Origin: Epiperipatus broadwayi
Taxonomy: Eukaryota > Animalia > Onychophora
Reading direction: 5' to 3'
DNA length: 64,000 bases
Assembly: GCA_028023455.1 (NCBI GenBank)
Contig: JAQFVV010000005.1
Span: forward strand, 14,136,001 to 14,200,000
The notes under the pieces are model-generated. The model made no database searches and was not told the origin of the DNA. It was given only the letters and a program-made list of their open reading frames with translations. A program made the translations under genes and the position numbers. Numbering within the stretch: the stretch's first letter is position 1; the number at the start of each line of letters is the position of its first letter. Shown here piece after piece: positions 50,850 to 62,839 of this stretch.

Positions 50850-52380
50850 ATGGTAAAGACTGATTTAATGGAACAATTTGATCTGGATAATTTCTAATAT
50901 ATATGGATTGGCTGCAGAAAGGAATTTGTTGTTATCCAAAAGAATACTGTTTAAATTCCTTTTTGAAGTTTAAAGAAAGTGGACAAAGCAAATACCTAAT
51001 GTCCACTCCATATGTTCATGTCACTGCAACATTGCTCTGATTATTTATATAGTAAATGAATATGGGTGGAGTGCTCACCAACATGGATCAACCACTGCAG
51101 TATGTTTACTGGCTTTTTATATCAGAGTTTTAAGATTCAACCAAAGCAGCAGTTTACAGTCAAAGGCAGAGGATACTAGAAATCTTCTGATCATGAATGT
51201 AAGCTGCCATTTATATTTGCAGATCACTTTCAAATAAAAAGGCTGCATGAATTGGCAGAACTGTCTAATATTAAATAGGACATTGTTGTTGGTGATATGT
51301 CAGAGTGGCAAGGTTACTTATTCAAATTAATGAAAGATACTAAATGCAGATAATTTAGGCTTACACATTGTGATGATAAAGCAGATGAATTTATATGGAT
51401 ATATAAAATGTTTTTGATAAGATTGAACATTTTAAAATTTCATGGGAGACATCAAAGTTAGAATTGGTAAATGATTGAAAGATGAAAGTGCTGTGGAATT
51501 TGCAAAAAAAAGACTATACATGAAAACTCTTAATTATAAATAAATGTTAAACAATAATAAATATGGAAATATAACTAATAAAAAATATGTATTCATATAA
51601 TATTCAATTGACCAAACACTTTACTACTTTTACAATGCTTTATTATCCACCCTTTCCTGCACATTACAGTTTTGATTGCCCCAGCAATCTTCTTCACAAC
51701 GTTCTGAAGATTGCTGAGGCAATCGAAACTGTAAAGTGCATGAAGGGATGGATAATAAAGCATTGTAAAAGTAGTAAAGTGTTTGGTCAATTGAATATTA
51801 TATGATATACATTTGGCAATTCAATAGGAAACAGTAGTTATTAAAATATGTATTCCAAGATTATCATGTTCAAAACAGATTGGATTATAGATTAGTGAAA
51901 TGTAAGGTATATATTAATGCAAAATTAGAGACAAAAGCTATCAAAGAGAGTATTAACAGATAATATTCCTAAATCTTTGGAAACATTCCATCAATTTTGT
52001 GATAAGCAATTTAGTATTGTATAAAAAAATATACATTAGTATTATATGATAAAGAATTGAGAAAATATCTGAAAATTGAAAACTACATTTTTAAAAAAAT
52101 ATGTATTTGCATACTATCTCCAGACATCTTTATAACTATGCCAGGTGTGTAATCAACATTTTTCTCAATCATTTTCAAAAATAAATTTTATCTTAGATGG
52201 CAGAATCATGTAATCATTGTATACCTATTTGAACTATAAAAATTTTTTTTTTTTACTTTCTACAAATTCTATGTCACTCTTAGATAGAAAAAACAAGTTC
52301 AGAGATCACATATTTAGACCTCATTCAACATAGATTCTTACAAGGGCATATAAACTTTGGAATACAATTTCTAATTATTA
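50850..52380 (+). mobile_element. Possible LINE RT/3'-end remnant, interrupted by family 4
   Basis: IFADH (FADD-like) near 51215 and TRAYKLWN near 52340; otherwise degenerate. Confidence 0.4.
51595..51842. mobile_element. Short fold-back HHR element family 4
   Basis: ~105-bp arms meeting at AACGTT (51698-51703). 13-bp direct repeat AAAATATGTATTC at 51582-51594 and 51843-51855. Arm consensus CTGAAGA A GATTGC-TGGG-GCAATC GAAAC TGT. Confidence 0.82.
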
Positions 52381-52661
52381 ATATATATAGTTAATAAATT
52401 GTCAATAGCAGCAGCCTAATTCAATCCACAAAATTTTATCTGATCTACTGACATTTATTCTTTATGAAATCAAGTTTTATATATATAAATTTTCACAGAA
52501 AGAAATTAAATATCATCTTTAAAATAGTTAGGAATATTTTCAATGTTTATTTCTTACATTTTAATGTAAACATTACAAGCATAAAGCTAAACTAGTCAAT
52601 GTAAAATCAAAACTACCCCAAATCCAAAATTAAACCAGACCAGCATAAAAATAATATTAAA

Positions 52662-52705
52662 ACACAATCTAAGGTTTCACTGCTACAAGCAGACTTCTCA
52701 AGTGT
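52662..52705 (-). ncRNA. U3:A8 hammerhead motif, PLE-B minus arm (stem III mismatch)
   Basis: Sense ACAC TTGAGAA GT-CTGCT-TGT-AGCAG-T GAAA CCTTAGA TT GTGT. Confidence 0.7.
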
Positions 52706-52739
52706 AAAGAACTACAAAAACTACACAATATATATAATA

Positions 52740-53345
52740 TTAAAAACTACCCACAAATCCATTCACTTCCCATCCACCCTTAATATTAAAAGAACTCTTA
52801 AATAAGTTAATTACTTCAGAATAATAAATTTTCAATAATAAAGACTCTTTAATTCTTCTTTTGATTTCATTTCTCTCAAAAAAGACAACCTTAGCTTCAT
52901 CAAAATCAATAGTGTGGCCTGTATCTTTTTCATGGACATACAAAGCAGAACTAAGATATCTATTTTTAACTCTACTTTTATGAACCTTTATTCTTTCATT
53001 TAAACTCAAACTACTCTGACCTATGTAAACCTTCTTACAAAATAAACAAGGAATAAAATATACTACACCAGGAACAGTCTTTCTATCAAAAACTTCTTTT
53101 GTATTATTTAATAAATTATTCAATGTAACACCCCTTTTCCAAGCAATTTTCTTATTTCCAAACAATTTACTATTTCTACACATAATTTTATAAGAAGACA
53201 ATTTAAATGGCAAAGAAATAAAATCATATTTTTCTTTAACCTTTACATCCTTACAAATATTACTATTAAATAAAATACTTTTAACAAATTTATCAGAGTA
53301 TCCAACACCCAAGTAATCTTTATAAAATTGATATTTCTGAAACAA
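52740..53345 (-). pseudogene. PLE C-terminal fragment (thumb end, linker, GIY-YIG), open frame
   Basis: 201 codons; VYFIPCLFCKKVYIGQS; YLGVGYSDKFV corresponds to the PLE NGYP..FI motif. TTG start, no RT core. Confidence 0.9.
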
Positions 53346-53419
53346 AGCTACCCCACTAGAATTATTTAAGGAATTATTGTCATAGAAATATTAAATTAAA
53401 TAATTCTAGTGGGGTAGCT

Positions 53420-54025
53420 TTGTTTCAGAAATATCAATTTTATAAAGATTACTTGAGTGTTGGATACTCTGATAAATTTGTTAAAAGTATTTTATTTAAT
53501 AGTAATATTTGTAAGGATGTAAAGGTTAAAGAAAAATATGATTTTATTTCTTTGCCATTTAAATTGTCTTCTTATAAAATTATGTGTAGAAATAGTAAAT
53601 TGTTTGAAAATAAGAAAATTGCTTGGAAAAGGGGTGTTACATTGAATAATTTATTAAATAATACAAAAGAAGTTTTTGATAGAAAGACTATTCCTGGTGT
53701 AGTATATTTTATTCCTTGTTTATTTTGTAAGAAGGTTTACATAGGTCAGAGTAGTTCGAATTTAAATGAAAGAATAAAGGTTCATAAAAGTAGAGTTAAA
53801 AATAGATATCTTAGTTCTGCTTTGTATGTCCATGAAAAAGATACAGGCCACACTATTGATTTTGATGAAGCTAAGGTTGTCTTCTTTGAGAGAAATGAAA
53901 TCAAAAAAAGAATTAAAGAGTCTTTATTATTGAAAATTTATTATTCTGAAGTAATTAACTTATTTAAGAGTTCTTTTAATATTAAGAGTGGATGGGAAGT
54001 GAAAGGATTTGTGGGTAGTTTTTAA
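53420..54025 (+). pseudogene. PLE C-terminal fragment (GIY-YIG), open frame
   Basis: About 8 aa differences from the minus copy; the frame stays open upstream to ~53360. Confidence 0.9.
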
Positions 54026-54059
54026 TATTATATATATTGTGTAGTTTTTGTAGTTCTTT

Positions 54060-54103
54060 ACACTTGAGAAGGCTGCTTGTAGCAGTGAAACCTTAGGTTG
54101 TGT
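54060..54103 (+). ncRNA. U3:A8 hammerhead ribozyme in the PLE-B 3' UTR
   Basis: ACAC TTGAGAA GG-CTGCT-TGT-AGCAG-T GAAA CC-TTA-GG TT GTGT. Confidence 0.82.
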
Positions 54104-55100
54104 TTTAATATTATTTTTATGCTGATCTGGTTTAATTTTGGATTTGGGGTAGTTTTGATTTTCTTACATTTTGTAATACATTTCAAATTTTTCATGAAAA
54201 TAATATATATTGTGGCCTTTCTATTTGTTACATTATTGTATGGATGTTGTTAAAGACCTATTTTAGTAAAAATTTAAAATTTTATGTAATGATTGATTTA
54301 AAAAAACCTATTATTTCACTTAAAGAAAAAGTTAAATTCATTGTTTCATAAGTGTTAAATCTGAGTTAACTTTCTTTAAATAGTTATAATCAATATGTTA
54401 TAATTTTGAGTTATAAATTATTTAAAATAAAGACAAATAATAATTAAAATAATGTAAAGTATCTTTAAAACTGCTTTTTTTTTTCAGAAAAATGACCAAA
54501 ATTATTCATTATTTTTATTTTATATTTTTATAATACATTTATGAAGAAATAAAAAAAAGTGGTTGATTTTTTTTTTTTTATTTATATATAGGTCACTAGA
54601 ATTATGCTCACAAGTGCCCTTTTTGGCAGGAATACTTATAAAAAAGTACTGTTTTATTTCAAAACAGTAGTTGTAGAAGTAATAAATCTTCTAAAAACTT
54701 TATAAAAAGCAATAGGGGTTTGAACTTGGACCTATAAAACTTATGATTTTGAACTTGGACCTGTTCAAATCAAACATTTTTCATTAGACTACATGTAAAA
54801 ATTTGTTTTTAAAAATTTTACAATACAATATATATAATACAATGTTGCTTATATGTATAGGGTTCAAACTTGGTACAGTTCATGTACATAGATATAAAAG
54901 ATTGTAATAGATATAAAACAATTGTTTCTATAAAACTTACAATGTCCATATTCAAAATTGTTATGAAAATAGTTATAGAAGTGATTAATTTTACAAAATT
55001 GCATTAGAAACATTGTAAGGGTTCAAACTTGGAAATGTCCAATTGTAATAGTTATAAAAACAATTGTTCTTACAAAACAAAGCATAAAAAATTATATAAA

Positions 55101-55190
55101 TAATTGCCCACTGGAGTGATTATCTTTTTAGTAATTGCCCACTGGAGTGGTTGTCTTGTTAGTACATGCCCACTGGAGTGGTTGTCTTCA
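55101..55190 (+). repeat. Three direct repeats of GCCCACTGGAGTG, possibly piggyBac subterminal
   Basis: Copies at ~55106, 55137 and 55168, downstream of the transposase stop. Confidence 0.6.
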
Positions 55191-55218
55191 CGGCTAACAC
55201 AGCTAAAATAAAAAATAG

Positions 55219-55436
55219 ACAGAGTTACAACTATCAAAATATATATCTATAAATTTACTAAATGTAAGCTATACATATCTCTATAGAAAATGTATTGCTT
55301 TTACTTTCCAGTATATTCTTCTGTCCACAGAGTTACAACTATCAAAATATATATCTATAAATTTACTAAATGTAAGCTATACATATCTCTATAGAAAATG
55401 TATTGCTTTTACTTTCCAGTATATTCTTCTGTCCAC
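55219..55436 (+). repeat. Perfect 108-bp tandem duplication
   Basis: ACAGAGTTACAACTATC at 55219 and 55327. Confidence 0.92.
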
Positions 55437-55524
55437 CTACCTAATCCTGAAACAATTGATCAAGCAGTTAGAACAAATTTATATATATATATACAAAATT
55501 CACAAACGGTAACAATCAATACCA

Positions 55525-57078
55525 TCAGTAATTCTTCAGTGTGTGGAAAATTTTAAAGCAAGGATCCACACACAGTCCAATTTTGCAGTCCTCACACCAG
55601 TATCTGGATTCCCTGTGGATATGTTTTCCATTACTGTCTGTTTTGGAACTGCAAACCTTGCATATTCTTGAAGGATTCTTTTTTTGATGGGATTAGGTGG
55701 GATGAAAACTGGAAAGTGACAAGCTGTTAGCCTAACAGATGGAGGGTCAAGACTAGGTCTACCATGTGAATTTTTGAAACCAGAATCGGTGTACAATTCA
55801 AAGACTCTTCAATGACCCGTGCTTTGAATTCTAAAAGTTCAAGTGTAATAGGTTTACACTGTTTGTAAAGAATGCATGCATTCAAAAAGACTTGGTCAAT
55901 GAATAGTACTTAAAAGGTAGACTGGTTTTTTGTCTTGCCATTTCAAGGCCATAATCTTTCCAAGCTGAAAAGCTTGGATGGTACCTTTTTTCAGCTTACT
56001 TTTTGTCATTTCAGCTGGCATACCTTTCTTCTGATATTGACAGTGCTGTAGATATCAGTCTTCTCATTTAGAAGTTTATCTACTAATTCCATTGACATAT
56101 ACCAGTTGTCAACAGTTACTCAGTAACCTTGACCCAAATATCTATCCATAAGATGAAGGACACTTTTAGTCATCACTGGAAATGCTGCATACTTTTGATT
56201 GTATGCTGTTCCTTTCCCAGTATATAAGACAAAGCCACAAATATATCCAGTTTTTGATTCGTATATCATGAAAAATTTTAGACCAAAATGGGCCCTCTTT
56301 TTGATGTTATATATTTTCCATGATAACCAGCCTTTATAGAGTATCAAGCTTTCATCTACACAAACATTTTGGTCTGGAATGTATAATGTACTAAAGAGTC
56401 CTCTCAAATGCTCCATTACTTTATAGAATTTACAGAGCTTTGGATTAGGGTGAGTATTTATGTCATCAGATTCATTGTCAGAAAAATGCATAAATTTCAT
56501 GAGCAATGAAAATCTGGCACCTATCATCACTCCAGAAAATGTGGGTACATAAAATATCCATCTTTTTGACCATGACCATTCCTGATGCAGCTGTTTGACA
56601 AGGCCCTGAAGCATCATCACTGCAAAAAAATAACCTCATCTCTTTCACTGAGGTGGCATCCATTTTCTTGCTCTGGACAATCTCTTCAATATAGTCTTTC
56701 GACAATATATTGATCAGCATAAAGGTTAGTTTCTCTTATGACAATTTCCAGCATTTTTTCATCAAAGAACAATTCAGAGAATTGTAATGCTGTAGCATCT
56801 GGTGCCATTGCCTTAGTCATGCCTGGGGTGGCAGTAAAGGGAAACCTTGGGGGTAGTGGAGAAATCCTATTCATATTCACTGGTACCCAAGAACCTGACC
56901 CTCCCATGTCATCATCAGAAGAATCGTCACTACTGCTGTTGCTAGTGGTACCAGATAATTCTTTATCACTTGAGTCTTCATCTTCACTGGCCTCTAACAA
57001 TAGCACATAGTCATGATCTGATTCATCAGAAGAACGGCAGCAGGAACCATTAGCAATTGCTTTGAAGAAGGATGCCAT
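55525..57078 (-). pseudogene. piggyBac (PGBD-type) transposase, frameshifted
   Basis: Acidic N-terminus; QNVCVDESLILYKG...FGLKFFMI.ESKTGYI...YTGK; C-terminal CRD RICKVC...SRYWCEDCKIGLCVDPCFKIFH with stop at 55525. No TTAA/CCC ends found. Confidence 0.92.
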
Positions 57079-57139
57079 AACTATATATATATATATAAAA
57101 GCAAAAATGTCAAATTATATTTTATGTAACACATATTTA

Positions 57140-58030
57140 CATGCTAATAATTATTTAGTAAGATCATATGAAAAAAAAAAACCATATTTATAAGGCCTAA
57201 AATATTTTTTATCAAAAAAAAAATTATGAATATGATGAGATGGGGAAAAATGAATGCAGATATATATATATGATATCACGTGACTCGAAATATATCAAAA
57301 AGGAATGCTGCATATTTATTTATTGAAATACATTATAAAAGTTTTGAATAGCACATCTATCTATATACTAATAATTATTTATCAAGATCATATGAAAAAA
57401 AAAATTTATTATTTTTTATAATAAAAAAAAACTATGGATATGATGATGGAGAAAAATGAATGTAGACACATATATATATATATGATATCACGTGACTCAA
57501 AATATATTAAAAAATGCTTATTTATTTATTGAAATACGTTTATCAAGTTTTGAATCATATATATTCTAAAACCTAAAATGTAATTTGTAAAAAAATATAA
57601 TAGATATTGAAATCAAGCATTTACAAGTAAAAAAAACATCACGTGATTTTTCAAAATTTTCATTTGACAAAATGATGTTGAATATTTTCAAAATCTACGA
57701 AAGCAAATATGAAAAACATGATATAGAATAATACATACTTGATTTGAAATAAAATTAGAGAAAGACGTAAATAGATGTAGAATAAGATGATCCAGGTATC
57801 TACAAATAGATAGAAAGTCAAAGAACATATTTTTATAGAAATAAATCGTAATATGAAAAACATAATTATTATTTTTTGAAATATAGTATATAAATATTTA
57901 GTAATACATACTTGATTTGAAATAAAATTAGAAAGATGTGAATAGATGTAGAATAAGATGATCCGAATATCTGCAATGGATAGAAAGTCAAAGAACTTAT
58001 TTTTATAGAAATATTTTATAGAAATAAATC
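57140..58030 (+). repeat. Two local tandem duplications (~225 bp and ~170 bp periods)
   Basis: CTAATAATTATTTA..AAGATCATATG at ~57144/57369; TAATACATACTTGATTTG at ~57730/57902. Confidence 0.75.
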
Positions 58031-58501
58031 ATAAATAATTATTATAACTTATCAATTGCAAGAGTAATAGGATTTAGAATTAAAAAAAGAATTTTCTGGG
58101 ATGAAAACCTAATAGAATTTGCTCTCTGGACAGCCTGGGAACAAAGTGAATGTGGGGTGGTCCATTGGTTTCCAGGAAAAATTAATAAATTATTTATTAT
58201 TACTGCCATCTACATGAAACTTTACAAACTAATATGTGAATACTCTACACATGTGCTAAAATCGAAAAACAGACTTTTTCATGAAAAACAGCTGAATAGT
58301 GTCAATGCAAAAACTCAAACATTTTAAAATGTTTGGTATGACACAGGACAGGTGGCGCTGCTTTGATTATAATCATAGAGATCCCTTAAAAGGTAATTAT
58401 GAAGATTAAAATATTTTTATAGTACTTTATGAATCATTATAACTTTATCTTTCTTATTGCACTACCAAATCCATATAATATTAAATTATCTATGCACTTT
58501 A

Positions 58502-58600
58502 TTACTGAAGAAGATTGTTGGGCAATCAAAACTGTCATAGTGGGTGGTAATAAAAGCATTGTAAAACAGTAATAAAGAGCATAAATAATTTAATATTAAT
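58502..58600 (+). mobile_element. Solo family-4 copy with a degenerate HHR
   Basis: CTGAAGA A GATTGT-TGG-GCAATC AAAAC T GTC, then GGTAATAAAAGCATTGTAAAA as in 51755-51775. Confidence 0.65.
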
Positions 58601-60894
58601 TTTTTATAGTTATTAGTAATAAACTTGAAAATTATTTATTTGTTACTTTAAACTTATTTAATTAATGATAAAATAAATGGGAGTGAGATGTGTGTTAATA
58701 GATGTGCACACACATTGATTTAATAATACAGAAATTTACTTCCTGTTAAAACAGTCAATTTGTTAATTATATAAATAATAAATGTTACTTTTAATATAAA
58801 TGTCATAACAATTTACAAAATCAATGATTAGAATAATAGTGTAAATTATAAAACTTAGGTGTTATAATTTGATTTTAAATAAAGACTATTTTTCTTATTA
58901 AAATATAATTTAAATTTTTGTATTATTAAAATTGACAAATATTGATTTAATAATATTAGTTTTAATTCATTTTAAAATTGTAGATAGTAATTAACATTCA
59001 TTTTAACTAGATGTCTGAAGGTAATTAACCAATCAGATATTGGAAAATTTTAACTATAAATAGATAAGCAGGTGATAAAATAGAATAAAATCAAAAAATA
59101 ATTGGCAGAGGAAACTATATTTTGTTTTAATAAAATGTAAGTGTAAATTTATTAAAATTTATGTACTTATTTTTAGTAGTAAAAGTTAAAAAATAATTCT
59201 AAATATGTGGAAATTAATTTTAAGGTTCATAATAAATTTCATCATGGAGTAAAAAGTAAGCTATCCTCATTGGTGTTTTATATATGCTGACTACAAACTT
59301 TTGATAATGATTGGAATATAACTTCATTCATTTGGATAAAATGTACTTCAGTAAAAAAAACTGTGTACTACTTAAACATTTTTGTTGCTTAAAACAAAAG
59401 AAATCTGTACAAGAAGTATTTCTTAATAATTTTTATACACCATATGATAGGAAACATTTTCTGCTAAATCTTATCTTTATTGGTGATAAAGACAGTTGAA
59501 AAATTTCATTTAAAGATGTTCCAGATTTTTTTAAAAAATACAATGACAAAGTCATATAACCAATCGATATATTCTTCAATTGCAGGATGTGATACTAGAG
59601 TTATCTTTATTGGATCAGATATGTAAAACAAATGCAAGACTTCTTAAAAGATGTTTATGGTAAACATGAGTATAATTTTTATATAGTGTATCCATATTTC
59701 CACAGGGCCTAACCATGACACATACAAAAACTTTATTGCAGATTACTGTATATTTCAGTATGAAATAAAAGTCACAAAATATATAATCGCATTTACATTA
59801 CTAACAATAAACTTATTTCATAATATAATCAAAAGTAAAAGACAATTGTTTGTTTACATTTGTTATCTATCAAAACAACTCACAAATTGAAATCACTTAT
59901 TATTAACATAACAAAATAATGGAGGGTCAATTCCATTTAAATCAAACAATTAATTATAAAATATTAAATGCATAAATATTAATTTAAATGAAATATAAAA
60001 ATTAAATCTAAAGTTAAAATTAAAAGTTAAAAAATAAAAATTAGTGATTAATAAAACAGGGACAATTAATTCTTCCAAAAGAATATATTGGGATATCAGG
60101 ATGAGAAATATAAACCTGGAACAAATCCAAGAAAACCAAGATGTATGGACATCCTATTTTCGTAGGAGTGCTAGACCCCATCTCTTATAAGGGTTATTTC
60201 AAAGATATTCTAAAGAAGTTTAATGTCAACAGTTTCTATTGTGAAAATAGAATGGAATACATTGGAGAGCTACAATTAGACATAATATTGAAATATTTCA
60301 GAAAGGTTTTCTGCTGAAGAAATTAAAACGCATCATAAAATATCAAATAAACAAACAAACAAAAAAAAGGACCAGCACGTTCTTAAATTGTGGCTCACAC
60401 ATTAGTTTGTATAGTTATGACAAAACTCATTTCTAAAATAGTTTTTTCTCTCTTTTCATTTTTGAAATTAGTATAGCTATACTCATTTATAAATGTTTGT
60501 TTTTTATTATTATAAATGGCAAGACAATTTAAGTTAAAAAAGTGAAAAAAATAAAATTCCATATAAGATATTAATATAATGCATATTAAGCTTGGAATTA
60601 GATCTGATTTATCATTTACAATAAAATATAAATGTTGGTTTCAAAATTTAAAAACGCCCCAGAAACATTTCAAGAGTAATTTACTGGCAACAATAAATAT
60701 TAAAACATGCACATAGCCATTAAAGTTACAAACTTGATATTGAAGCTTACTATGGAGAAAGTATATCTGGATTTATACTAAAGATAAATGTAATTTACAT
60801 GAAAATAGGCAATGAACTAAAGTGAAAGTTAGAATCAGCGTTATAGACTTGCTTCCGAGTAAGGAGATACATTTCTAGAACATTAAGAACATAT

Positions 60895-61115
60895 TACATG
60901 CGCGTTTATTCATTTACGAAGAAAAATAAATACTATATTACTAGCTAACACGGAAAAAAAAGAGTAAAAAAAAAACAAAACATTTTCAGAATTAATGGGG
61001 CAAAAAAAGCTCGTCTTATACAGGAAGTAGCAAGAATGAGGAGTCACGTGGCTAAAAAATCGACTCTGACGTTTTCATTTATGAATACAACCTTTGTAAA
61101 AGATAGTAAGTGTAA
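60895..61115 (+). promoter_or_regulatory. Promoter-like CpG patch
   Basis: ATGCGCG, ETS-like CAGGAAGT, E-box TCACGTGG and a downstream GTAAGT. Confidence 0.4.
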
Positions 61116-62839
61116 AATTATTTGTCGCGAAAAGTTGTTATTGTTTCCATATTTTATACTAGTTTATTTGGCCTACATGCTCATGATTATTGTTAGATAT
61201 TATCAGCTTCCATAAAATTAGCTTTAAATATTTTAAACTGATATATTTTTAACTATTATTATTAATGAAAATAATTTTTTATACCGTAGATAGTAGTACG
61301 CAAAACGTTAATTGTGGATTTTCGTTTTTTTTTTTTTTGAAGAAATTTACTACATTTCATATATAAGACAGATTTTATGCATAGTATATTTACTGATTTA
61401 AATATCAATTTGACGTCAAAATAATTTTTAAGACTTATGAACTCTTGAAAGGCCTGCATTATATTATCAATGTCTATAAAAAGGCAGATAAAAAATTAAT
61501 TTACTATATATACTGATAACGAGTTAGTTATTAGTATTACTTTTAGTCAAATATTCACTTGAGTTTTTCTCTCTAAAATTGCTATTGTAAACTGCATGTA
61601 AAAGGAGAGAGTTCAAGAGTAGTTTATGTTAATTAGGAATTAAGATGCGTGACAAATATTTATGTTAAGCATCTGCAGCGACTGCTGCAGACTAGAACCT
61701 TATCGCCTGCACCTAGCCTGAGGGCGTGACGTATTATAGCTGGGGCATATTCTGTTTATTTGAAGAATTCGAATTACATTGGAATCCTAACAATGGTGTG
61801 CGTTTCACGTATTCAAGGGAAGAAGATTGTGTTTAATGAGTATATCTTTTATTAACATATTTATAATAAACATCACATGGCCACCTCCTCTTATATTTAT
61901 ATTTTATAAATTTTCTCAACTTTTTCTTATGAGTAACAAAATCAAGTGTTCTTATTCGTGAACATTTTTTTCATAAAAATGAAGTATTCTAATTTATTGT
62001 TTAATATTAAGTAACTAGTGATTCCAGAATGTTTTGCTTCGATTTTTTTTTCTCACTATCACTCCTGTCGTAGAAACAACTGATTGAAATGCTATATTAA
62101 AAAATTATGACATTTATGACTACGGCATAACAGTTCAAAGAGATTAATAGTAGCTTATGCCTTTTTTCTTCCCATGGAAGCAATTATCAATTTACTTCCT
62201 CAAAGTTAACCAGTATAATGGTATTCCAGTAGTGGCATAACTAATTTAAAGATATTTATCATAGCTTATGCATCTTTTCTCATGTTTAGAGTAACTTAAT
62301 CACTTGTATACAATAAATTTATTACCATTTAAATATTAAAACAGGCAAGAAGGCATCCATTGATTACTCTAGCTTGCTGTGTGTGACAATATATATAGTG
62401 AGTTTTGCCTGTTTTAACAACAGTTATACACAAGCATAAGAGGTGGTGGTCATGTGATGTTTATTCATTTAAATATTATTTAAAATGATTTTATTAAAAT
62501 TATCACACCATTATAATTGTATTTGGAAGGTTCAGTACTAATTACTATGACCCAATATCTTATTAAAAGGATAAAAGCGAACAAACAAATTTTTTTTTTT
62601 TTTAATGTAAAAATATATATGGAATTCAGTTGGTTTTAATTTAAAAAGAAAATCGTTTATTCCCTGGATCTAGCACTGAAAGTGGCAGAACTGAACTGCA
62701 ATCCATAGATTTTAAGCTTCAAAATCTACCACTGTATTAAATCACACAAGGTGGCTTCTTTTAATGATTTAAATAATTTGTTTAAAGTTGAAACATCAGT
62801 AAATTATGTAAAACCTAAAGTTTTCTTTTAAAACATTGC

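Larger units (their letters stand above)
52563..54159. mobile_element. Penelope-like element B: ~770-bp arms in a near-perfect head-to-head palindrome
   Basis: Two GIY-YIG ORFs, two HHRs, a ~28-nt spacer that reads in frame with the plus copy, and a 13-bp direct repeat TTTCTTACATTTT at 52550-52562 and 54160-54172. Confidence 0.93.

Noticed and set aside
51587-51805. Mirror-image ORFs on both strands
   Set aside because: A consequence of the fold-back structure, not protein-like.
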